Assembly (NCBI GenBank): GCA_963825595.1
Contig: CAWGUE010000034.1
Coordinates: 99,377 to 163,376, forward strand
Length of the DNA stretch: 64,000 nucleotides
From: an uncultured delta proteobacterium
Lineage (GTDB): Bacteria > Desulfobacterota > Desulfobacteria > Desulfobacterales > SG8-13
Direction of reading: 5' to 3'
The first letter of the stretch is position 1, and the number at the start of each line of letters is the position of its first letter. Positions 20,700-29,110 of the stretch are shown piece by piece. The translations under genes were made by a program, and so were the position numbers. The notes below the pieces were generated by a model. That model had not been told where the DNA came from and searched no databases. It saw only the letters and a program-made list of their open reading frames with translations.

Positions 20700-21590
20700 A
20701 TGATCAAGCGTTCCCATTTCAAGTCCCGCGCTCTGCCCTATCTGCTGATCGCGCCCCAGGTGATCGTGACGCTGACCTTTTTCTATTGGCCGGCCGCCCA
20801 GGGACTGCTCCAATCGCTCATGCTCAGCGATCCGTTCGGGCAACGCAGCCGTTTCGTCTGGTTCGATAATTTCAAGAGCATCTTCACCGATCCCCTCTAC
20901 CTGAAATCCGTCGGCATCACCCTGACTTTCAGTTTTGCCACCGCGGCCGTTTCAATTATCTTCGGGTTGTTCATCGCCAGTATGGCCAACCGGACCTTTA
21001 AAGCCAAAGCGGCGATCCGAACCATGCTGATCTGGCCTTACGCAGTTGCTCCGGCGATTTCCGGCATCCTGTGGCTCTTTCTGCTGCACCCTTCATTCGG
21101 CGTGGCGGCCTTCTTTCTTCAGCGCCGTCTCGGCATCGACTGGAATCCGGTGCTCAGCGGAACCGATGCCTTCATCATGGTGGTGCTGGCCAGCGCCTGG
21201 AAGCAAATCAGTTACAATTTCGTCTTCTTTATGGCCGGTCTCCAGGCCATACCTCACTCTCTGATCGAAGCCGCAGCCATGGACGGCGCCGGTCCGTTCC
21301 GACGTTTCTGGGCCATCACCTTTCCATTGCTGTCGCCGACGTTTTTCTTTCTCATGGTCATGAACGTCATTTACGCTTTTTTCGAAACCTTCGGCGTCAT
21401 CCACACCGTGACTCAGGGCGGGCCGGGCGGCGCCACCAATACCCTGGTGTATAAGGTTTATCAAGACGGTTTCATCGGGCTGAACCTGGGTTCTTCAGCG
21501 GCCCAATCCGTGGTCCTGATGGCCTTGATCGTAACCATTACGGTGCTGCAGTTCCGATACGTGGAGCGCAAAGTCCAGTATACGATATGA
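20700..21590 (+). CDS. ugpA: UgpA-type ABC permease
   Basis: The 296-aa ORF has 6 TM segments and the EAA loop IEAAAMDGAGPFRRFWAITFPLL. Confidence 0.85.
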   Translation: MIKRSHFKSRALPYLLIAPQVIVTLTFFYWPAAQGLLQSLMLSDPFGQRSRFVWFDNFKSIFTDPLYLKSVGITLTFSFATAAVSIIFGLFIASMANRTFKAKAAIRTMLIWPYAVAPAISGILWLFLLHPSFGVAAFFLQRRLGIDWNPVLSGTDAFIMVVLASAWKQISYNFVFFMAGLQAIPHSLIEAAAMDGAGPFRRFWAITFPLLSPTFFFLMVMNVIYAFFETFGVIHTVTQGGPGGATNTLVYKVYQDGFIGLNLGSSAAQSVVLMALIVTITVLQFRYVERKVQYTI

Positions 21591-21593
21591 GCC

Positions 21594-22514
21594 ATGGTTG
21601 AACGAACACCCATTCTCGACATGCTGACCTACGTTTTTCTGATGCTGGGGATCTGTATCGTCTGTTTTCCCATCTTCTACACCTTCGTTGCGGCATCGCT
21701 TCCCCTGGAAGAGGTTTCCAAGGTCCCGATGCCCCTCGTGCCGGGTAACCAGTTCTGGATCAATATCCAGGAGGCCTGGGAACGGGGCAACCTCGGCCGA
21801 CAGCTCTTAAACTCCTTCGTCATGGCCTCGGGGATCACCATCGGCAAAATCGTGGTCTCCATGCTGGGTGCCTTCTCCATCGTCTATTTTAACTACCGGT
21901 TCCGAAAAGTCGCCTTTGCCACGGTCTTTTGCACCCTGATGCTGCCGGTGGAAGTCCGCATCCTCCCCACTTACGAAATCGCTGCCAACCTCTTCGGCCC
22001 CCTGCAGTGGTTGATCGACACCCTGCACCTCGGCAGCATCATTCAGTGGTGGGTGGGAAACGATTTCGAAATCAGCCTGGAGTGGAGCCTGTTGGACAGC
22101 TACACCGGTCTGATTCTGCCCCTGGTGGCGTCGGCCACCTGCACCTTTCTTTTCCGACAGTTCTTTCTTACCGTACCCGAAGAACTGTGCGAAGCGGCCA
22201 AGCTGGACGGGGCTTCAGCCATGAAGTTCTTTCACCGGATCCTTCTGCCGCTCTCCAAAACCAACATCGCCGCCTTGGTGGTAATCGAGTTCGTCTACGG
22301 CTGGAACCAATATCTCTGGCCCCTGCTCATCACCACCGACCCGGACATGACCACCGCCGTCATCGGACTGCAGAATCTGATCCCTCAGATCGACGACGTT
22401 CCCTACTGGAATGTTGCCTTGGCCGGCGCCCTGCTGGTCATGTTGCCGCCCATTCTGGTTGTGCTCTTGATGCAGCGCTGGTTCGTCCAAGGACTGGTAG
22501 AAAGAGAAAAGTGA
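21594..22514 (+). CDS. ugpE: UgpE-type ABC permease
   Basis: The 306-aa ORF has the EAA loop CEAAKLDGASAMKFFHRILLPL. Confidence 0.85.
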   Translation: MVERTPILDMLTYVFLMLGICIVCFPIFYTFVAASLPLEEVSKVPMPLVPGNQFWINIQEAWERGNLGRQLLNSFVMASGITIGKIVVSMLGAFSIVYFNYRFRKVAFATVFCTLMLPVEVRILPTYEIAANLFGPLQWLIDTLHLGSIIQWWVGNDFEISLEWSLLDSYTGLILPLVASATCTFLFRQFFLTVPEELCEAAKLDGASAMKFFHRILLPLSKTNIAALVVIEFVYGWNQYLWPLLITTDPDMTTAVIGLQNLIPQIDDVPYWNVALAGALLVMLPPILVVLLMQRWFVQGLVEREK

Positions 22515-23848
22515 TGACCCCTGAGGAAAAGACAGCGCTTGTCGATAAGGCCCGGTGTGCCGAACGGTGCACCTGTGGAGGCTCACACAGCATACCCGAT
22601 GTCCTCAGTTACACCAACGGGAACGCCTTCGATGTCCTGGCAGCCGACGGAAACATTTTCCTGGCGGGAAAACGAGCCCTCGTGCTCGATGACGAAAACA
22701 CCCATAAAGCCGCCGGCGCAGCAGTGACCGCAGCCCTGAGCGCCGCCGCCGTCGATTACCGGGTCATCACCCTTGCGGGAGATATCCACCTGACTGATAA
22801 TCTTGCCGCTGATATCAGGCGCCAAGCCGACGGAAGCCCCTTGATTATCGCCGTGGGGTCCGGCACGGTGAACGACCTCGGCAAATACACGGCCCACCAG
22901 TTGCAGATCCCTTACTGGTGTGTTCCCACCGCGCCGTCCATGAACGGATACACCTCTTCCATTGCGGCCGTTAAGGCGGCCGGGGTTAAAAGGACCCTAC
23001 CTTCTGCGCCCCCAAAGGCAATCTATATTCAGCCTGAGATCCTTCGAAATGCGCCCCTGAAACTTCGCCAAGCGGGTTACTGCGACGTGATGGCCAAATC
23101 GGTATCGGATGTGGACTGGCAAATCGAATCCCTCCTTTTCGGCGGTTCGTACTGCGCCCTGCCGTCCGCCATTGTGGCCGAGTCCGAAGTCTTCTACATC
23201 GAACGACCGGAAAGTATTGCGGCCGGTGAGAAAGATTCGGTGGACGCACTGTTTAAGGGCCTCCTGATTTCGGGTATCGGCATGAGCCTGGCCGGCTCCA
23301 GCGCGCCGGCCTCCGGCGGGGAGCACCTCTTGTCGCATTTCTGGGATATGCGCGAAGATCTGACCGGGCGGGTGCCCGAATATCACGGCCTGCAGGTGGG
23401 TGCGGGCATCGTCATGTCAGCCGTCTGTTATGAAAAATTACGCCATACCGATGGGGAGGCCCTGCGGCCTGCAGCTTTGAAGCGCTTTAGGGCGGATGCC
23501 GAAGAAATTCAGGCCATCTGGAATCAATTCGCCCCCGAAGTGCGCAAACGGTTCAACTTGAAAAAAGGGCTTCTACTCCAATTCGATGACCTTCTGCCGG
23601 AAAACTGGCTGAATATTAGGCCACTGCTGGCTTCCGTTCCCCCGGCCAGAGTATTTCTCGAACGCATTCGACGGACAGGTTACCCGATGACCCTTTCTGC
23701 ATTGGATCTAATGCCGGACGAATTTATCCTGGCGGCGCGATTCGCCCGCACCATCCGGGAGCGGATCACCATTCTCGACCTGGCCGCACATGCCGGTGTG
23801 CTCGAAGCCGCTGCCGAGGAGACCCTCGATTTGCTGATGAATAATTAG
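22514..23848 (+). CDS. Iron-containing ADH superfamily protein, sn-glycerol-1-phosphate dehydrogenase (AraM/EgsA)-like
   Basis: The true start ATG at 22514 overlaps the ugpE stop (TGATG). Motifs are GSGTVNDLGKYTA, VPTAPSMNGYTSS and ASGGEHLLSHFWD...HGLQVGAG. The N-terminal 195 aa of track ORF 21929..23848 is an out-of-frame overlap with ugpE. Confidence 0.7.
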   Translation: MTPEEKTALVDKARCAERCTCGGSHSIPDVLSYTNGNAFDVLAADGNIFLAGKRALVLDDENTHKAAGAAVTAALSAAAVDYRVITLAGDIHLTDNLAADIRRQADGSPLIIAVGSGTVNDLGKYTAHQLQIPYWCVPTAPSMNGYTSSIAAVKAAGVKRTLPSAPPKAIYIQPEILRNAPLKLRQAGYCDVMAKSVSDVDWQIESLLFGGSYCALPSAIVAESEVFYIERPESIAAGEKDSVDALFKGLLISGIGMSLAGSSAPASGGEHLLSHFWDMREDLTGRVPEYHGLQVGAGIVMSAVCYEKLRHTDGEALRPAALKRFRADAEEIQAIWNQFAPEVRKRFNLKKGLLLQFDDLLPENWLNIRPLLASVPPARVFLERIRRTGYPMTLSALDLMPDEFILAARFARTIRERITILDLAAHAGVLEAAAEETLDLLMNN

Positions 23849-24046
23849 TGTCCGTCGATAAATGGCCCTTTTGCCCCTGGGTCCCGCCATGGCGGGATTA
23901 TCCGCGGGTTTTGATCCTCAACGTAGCCATGCTGCGCCTGCGGTCAAAACCCTTGTGCGGCCTTGCCCAGAGAAAAAATTGCTCATTTATGAATCGGACA
24001 CTTACATATGTGTCCGTCGATTTTTTCAACAATCGCGGATGGGCAT
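23848..24046 (+). mobile_element. MITE-like repeat, copy 1
   Basis: About 199 bp, near-identical by eye to 26433..26630. The imperfect terminal inverted repeats are GTGTCCGTCGAT and ATGCCCATCCGC (reverse complement). It is flanked by TA on both sides and starts inside the stop codon of the preceding gene. Confidence 0.6.
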
Positions 24047-24180
24047 TAATTTTCTGGGCATCTGGAGAGTTTTTCGTATATGTTATAAAGAATGAGGAAT
24101 ACAGCGGTGACGGTCTAAGCTAAAGAAGTGTAAATAAGAAACCGTATTTCACAATCGATAACGAAAGAAGTGAGGTTTAC

Positions 24181-25344
24181 GTGGAACAAGACGATCATGT
24201 TTATATCAAATTACAAAAGCACCTGGACAACCAGGCGGTTGGATTCCCAGCGACACGTTCAAAGGCTGAGATTAAAATACTCAAACACATCTTCACGCCA
24301 TATGAAGCTGAAATAGCAACCTCTTTAAGCTATAAACCTGAGCCGGTAGAAATTATATGGGACCGGATTCGACACCGGGTCGACTCAGCCGAAACACTGG
24401 AACAACATCTCGATCGAATACAGAAAAAAGGGGGGATCGAAACAAAAATAAAGTACGGCAAAAAACTTTACTGCAACGCCCCGCTTGTTGTGGGAATGTT
24501 CGAATTACAGCTTGGCCGTCTCACCCCTGAGTTTATCAAGGATTTCAACGAATATACTTCCGACAGAAAATTCGGCATCGAGTTTTTGAGTACCGAGCTT
24601 CCCCAGATGCGCACCATACCAGTGGCCAAAAGCATTCGGCCGCAGCACCATGTGAGCACGTTCGATGAAGTAACAGCGCTGCTGCAAAAAGCGGAAGATC
24701 CCTTTGTCATTATCGAATGCATTTGCCGTAAAAAGAAATCGATGGAGGGGAAAGCCTGCAAGATAACCGATAGAACAGAAACCTGCCTGGCCATTGGCAG
24801 CACGGCCCAGACCGTCCTGCTGAGCGGTAACGGCAGGGAGATTACCAGAGAAGAGGCGTTATCGATCATCGAAAAAAACCAGGACCAGGGATTGGTTCTT
24901 CAGCCGTCCAACACGGCCATAGCCGAGTTCATCTGTTCATGTTGCGGATGCTGTTGTGGGATGCTGAGCGTGCACAAATCCTTACCCAAACCATTGGAAT
25001 TTTGGGCCGCGAACTTTCAGGCAGCCGTAGACCCGGATACATGCATCGGGTGCGGGGTCTGCGAGGAACGCTGCCAGGTGAATGCGGTCAGGGTTTCCGC
25101 AAAAAAAGAGCATGCTGTCGTGGACCGGAAACGATGTCTCGGATGCGGGGTTTGCATCTCCGATTGTCCGACCGGGTCCATTACCCTGTTTAAAAAAACC
25201 ATTGAAGTCAAACCACCTCAAACGCGCGAGGAACTTTACGACACCATCATGGCGAACAAGAAAGGCACCAGGGAAAAATTAAAATTGACAGGAAAACTCA
25301 TCGGTGATGCTGTCCGTTCAAAACAGAACAATATTTTGAAATAG
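24181..25344 (+). CDS. 4Fe-4S dicluster domain protein with a Cys-rich CSCCGCCCG segment
   Basis: The 387-aa ORF has a GTG start. It carries two ferredoxin motifs, CIGCGVCEERC and CLGCGVCISDCP, plus FICSCCGCCCGML. Confidence 0.72.
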   Translation: MEQDDHVYIKLQKHLDNQAVGFPATRSKAEIKILKHIFTPYEAEIATSLSYKPEPVEIIWDRIRHRVDSAETLEQHLDRIQKKGGIETKIKYGKKLYCNAPLVVGMFELQLGRLTPEFIKDFNEYTSDRKFGIEFLSTELPQMRTIPVAKSIRPQHHVSTFDEVTALLQKAEDPFVIIECICRKKKSMEGKACKITDRTETCLAIGSTAQTVLLSGNGREITREEALSIIEKNQDQGLVLQPSNTAIAEFICSCCGCCCGMLSVHKSLPKPLEFWAANFQAAVDPDTCIGCGVCEERCQVNAVRVSAKKEHAVVDRKRCLGCGVCISDCPTGSITLFKKTIEVKPPQTREELYDTIMANKKGTREKLKLTGKLIGDAVRSKQNNILK

Positions 25345-25546
25345 TAGCGGTTGGCTCAGTAGACATCTTATCATGAAATTTTCAGGAATTTTTGGATAAG
25401 ATAAAGGTTTACAAACATGTTTAGCGGTTTTACCTGTTTAATAAATTTACATATCGACCCAAAAATGGTGTTACAAAGCGTCGCTTTTATATCAGGAAAA
25501 TCTTGTAAAGATTTTTGAATTCAAACTTTGTCAACGGAGGTGTCAC

Positions 25547-26377
25547 ATGCGCGGAACAATCCTGGGTATACTTGCCGTTCTGTTAACTGCCAATCTGAGT
25601 TCGGCCGACATCGTTGCAACATGGCGCATGAATGATGGGACCAATACCAAGCTGAGCATCCACGATGACAAACATGTTCGCATCGACACCAACGAAAAAG
25701 ACACCTACATGTTGGTCAAAGACAACAAAGTATACATGGTGCGCAAAGAGGATGGCCAATGGACCGCTTTTGATATGGATCAAATGGCCGGCATGATGAA
25801 AATGTTTCAAAAAAACAAAAAACCGTCGAGCGCAAAAGGGTTTCAGGAAAAATTTAAAGATACCGGCCGTTCTGAAACCATCGCCGGCTACAAGGGCAAG
25901 GTGTTCGACGTCGAATACACTGATGATACAGGTAAGAAGCAAACGGATGAGATGGTGCTGAGCAAACACAAAGATATCGTGAAAATTCAAAAAGGCTGGG
26001 TCGTGTTCGCATCACGCATGGCGCAGACGCTGGGTCAGGATTCGGCCCAGAAGCTGGATCAGTCCCTAAAGTCAGCCCAAATGAAGGGATATGGCGGCAT
26101 GCTGCGGTATGGGAAGGACATGATCCTGCAGCGTGTCGAGAAGCCTTCCCTGGATATTACTTATTATCAACTTCCGCCAGGGGTCAGGATGATGGACATG
26201 CCTTCCATGGGTAAAACCGGTGGTTACCCAACACAGCCAACGGCTCAACCAAAAACAGATGACTCTATTGCCGATCAAAATAAAGGTAACGACAGTTCTT
26301 CCGATAAAGAAAACCAACCATCGGTGGTCGAAGGTGTCCGGCAGGGCGTGAAAAGCATATTCAAGAAAGTGTGGTGA
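25547..26377 (+). CDS. Secreted hypothetical protein (DUF4412-like by memory)
   Basis: The 276-aa ORF follows RBS GGAGG. It has the signal peptide MRGTILGILAVLLTANLSSA and a low-complexity Q/P/S-rich C-terminus. Confidence 0.6.
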   Translation: MRGTILGILAVLLTANLSSADIVATWRMNDGTNTKLSIHDDKHVRIDTNEKDTYMLVKDNKVYMVRKEDGQWTAFDMDQMAGMMKMFQKNKKPSSAKGFQEKFKDTGRSETIAGYKGKVFDVEYTDDTGKKQTDEMVLSKHKDIVKIQKGWVVFASRMAQTLGQDSAQKLDQSLKSAQMKGYGGMLRYGKDMILQRVEKPSLDITYYQLPPGVRMMDMPSMGKTGGYPTQPTAQPKTDDSIADQNKGNDSSSDKENQPSVVEGVRQGVKSIFKKVW

Positions 26378-26432
26378 TCATTCGCATTGATTATTTGCAA
26401 TCTTCGATTCCGCTGCGGGCGAGCCCAAGATA

Positions 26433-26630
26433 GTGTCCTTCCATAAATGGCCCTTTTTCCCCCGGGTCCCGCCACGGCGGGATTATCCGCGGGTTTTAAT
26501 CCTCAACGTAGCCATGCTACGCCTGCGGTTGAAACCCTTGAGCGGCCTTGCCCAGATATATTGTCTCATTTATAAATCGGAAACTGACACATGTGCCCAC
26601 TGATTTTATCAACAATCGTGGATGGGCACT
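26433..26630 (+). mobile_element. MITE-like repeat, copy 2
   Basis: It has the same orientation as copy 1. The terminal inverted repeats are GTGTCCTTCCAT and GTGCCCATCCAC (reverse complement). It is flanked by TA on both sides. Confidence 0.6.
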
Positions 26631-26665
26631 AAATAGAAAAATTAAATAAACCCCGACCTATCCAT

Positions 26666-28034
26666 CTAAAGAACAACCTGATACCAGAAAAGTCCCAACA
26701 GGCCGGAGACGGCAATCACGGTAATCATTCCGACCTTAAACCATTGGATCGCCGCAAATGCCGCCGCACCGATAATGGCGGCAAACCAGCTGAATCCGCC
26801 TTGGGTGGGGAAAAGCACCTGTAAACCGAACCAAACCGCAAGATTGAGCACGACGCCGACCACGGCAGCAGTGATGCTCGAAAGGGTCGCTGAAAACTTG
26901 GCATTGTTGCGGAATTTTTCGATATAGGGACCGCCGAGGAATATGAATAGAAAGCACGGCAGAAACGTAAAATACGTCGCCACCAGCGAGCCCACCAACC
27001 CGCCCATCACCGGGCTCCAACTTCCGGAATAGTTCCATCCGGCCATGAATCCGACAAACTGCACCACCATAATCAACGGCCCCGGTGTGGTCTCGGCCAA
27101 TCCCAGCCCGTCAATCATCTGCGGCCCGGTCAACCAGGCATACTGCTCGACCCCTGCTTGGGCAATGTAGGCCAGCACGGCATAAGCACCGCCAAAGGTC
27201 AAGAATGCAGCCTTGGTGAAAAAAAGTGCTTCGTTGTAAAAAACCGGATTGATCAGGAAGGCATATAGTATGATCACGGGAAAAATCCACAACAGAACAA
27301 ATACAGTCATCAGAAGAATATTTCGCCGGGTGGAAGGGTTAACGTGGCATTCCAGCGGATCTTCGCAAATTTGGACATATCCTGCATCGAAATCCGAGGC
27401 GGTCTTACCCTTTATGACATCGAACTTCGCTGGTAAAAAGTAGCTGCCGGCAAGCCCGAAGAGACCGGCACCGAGCACAATAATGGGAAACGGAATTTTG
27501 AGGAAATAGATGGATATAAACGAAATCACGGCGAGGCTCACCATGAGACTGTTCTTGAGGGCCTTTTTCCCGATTTTGATCACCGCTGCCACCACAATCG
27601 CCATGATGGCGGCCTTCAGGCCATTGAATATGGATGCCACCCAGGGAACCGTTCCATAGGCGGCATAGGTATAACTTAAGGCGAACAGGATGAAAATTGA
27701 CGGGATGACGAAAAAAGCGCCCGCTACGATTCCCCCGGGCATTCGGTGCAATAACCAGCCGATATAGGTGGCTAACTGCTGGGCTTCGGGTCCTGGCAGC
27801 AGCATGCAGTAATTCAAGGCATTTAAAAACCGTTCGTTACTGATCCATCTTTTCCGATCCACCAATTCCTGATGCATAATCGAAATCTGCCCTGCCGGTC
27901 CCGCCGAAACTGATAAAACCCAGCTTCAGCCAGAATCGGAATGCTTCGGCGAATGTCGGATGTGGGTTGGCAGGTTGCCTACTCACCTCGTTCTCACTTT
28001 TTGTTTCTAATTCATCGATATTTGGATTTGCCAT
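26666..28034 (-). pseudogene. chrA: Chromate transporter ChrA interrupted by a 1-nt frameshift
   Basis: The N-terminal ORF 27837..28034 ends ...FWLKLGFISFGG and then goes out of frame. The main ORF 26666..27877, read upstream of its Met, gives PAGQISIMHQELVDRKRWIS. The family motif SFGGP...M is restored by removing one base from the run at about 27900-27902. Confidence 0.75.
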
Positions 28035-28620
28035 TTGTGTTCATCTTTCAATCTGCATTATTTCAGAATCGGTTTTTTGTTCTTCTTGACCGACTCGATC
28101 GCTGCCTTAGTAACCTTGTCGAGTTTGCTGCTTACAGTCTTTATTTCTTCAATACTACAACAACTGTAACGACCATCAACAAGAAGGTGCGACTCACTGT
28201 AAAACGACAAGATGTGGGAATTCAGACGCCTTGGCCCGCCTTTTTAGTCGCATTCGTTCATCAGGAAGTCGCACACAGTAGAAAATATAGCGGATGTGTG
28301 ATCCCGGCAAAGCGTGAGTAATTTAAGCTTATAATGCGTCAAATCAACAGCTTGCCGATGCTATGGTAGCCAATTTTTTGACGAATAAATCGCAGCCCTC
28401 CTGATGATTGCATTCATCCCCAGCATCATCCTTCCTATAACATACTGTTATCAATACACTTAAAAACATTGAAATATTATGGCCCAAATTTTGCTAAGAG
28501 TATTTGGTGAATCACTGAAAATAGACTCTTTGCCGCCTCGATGGGTGACGCCTCGGATGTGTTGCGGCAGATATTAACAATGAAAATCGTGACAGGAAAA
28601 ATTCAAACCCGGAGGGACAT

Positions 28621-28968
28621 ATGGCCTTAAGTGAAAAGAGAAAATCTGACCGGAAACCATGCTTTTTCTATGCGGATTATGCATACAAAGGAAAAGTCTA
28701 CCGGGATTTCATTAAAAACATCAGCACCGGCGGGGCCTTTATTGAAACCAGCAATTCCATTCCGCTGGGTCATGAGGTCGTTTTGACCTATTCGGAACCG
28801 GTGTCGGTCCTACCGGTAAAAACCTCCCCCGGCGGTCAGGAAATTCTGGTGACCTTTTCCAAACCCGTCTCTACCGCACCCGTAAAAAAGACCGGCAGTG
28901 TGGCCTGGGTTGGCCCGGACGGGTTCGGAATAAAATTTACACCGGAAACGACTCATTACAGCATTTGA
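28621..28968 (+). CDS. PilZ domain protein
   Basis: The 115-aa ORF follows RBS GGAGGG. It has the PilZ signatures RKSDRK and NISTGGAFIET, and an internal tandem duplication of (L/V)T(Y/F)S(E/K)PVSxxPVK. Confidence 0.7.
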   Translation: MALSEKRKSDRKPCFFYADYAYKGKVYRDFIKNISTGGAFIETSNSIPLGHEVVLTYSEPVSVLPVKTSPGGQEILVTFSKPVSTAPVKKTGSVAWVGPDGFGIKFTPETTHYSI

Positions 28969-29110
28969 ACGTCAACACCAACCCGGATATCTCACCAAAT
29001 GGCGGTTTTCAAGACCAAGGCATTTCGAGGCGAAGCCACAGGCCATCAAATAAAAGTCTCGGATAACACCGTTTATGGACACCTTCGTTTGGCCCAAGTT
29101 AGACTTATTT

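Noticed and set aside
21929-22513. N-terminal 195 aa of the 639-aa ORF 21929..23848
   Set aside because: It overlaps ugpE in another frame and is Pro/Arg-rich. A proper ATG at 22514 overlaps the ugpE stop, and family-like sequence begins only there.
28058-28210. Possible small minus-strand ORF upstream of chrA ending ...HLLVDGRYSCCSIEEIKTVSSKLDKVTKAAIESVKKNKKPILK
   Set aside because: There is no ATG in frame (only TTG or CTG) and no clear RBS. It is short and has no recognisable family. It is possibly gene debris.
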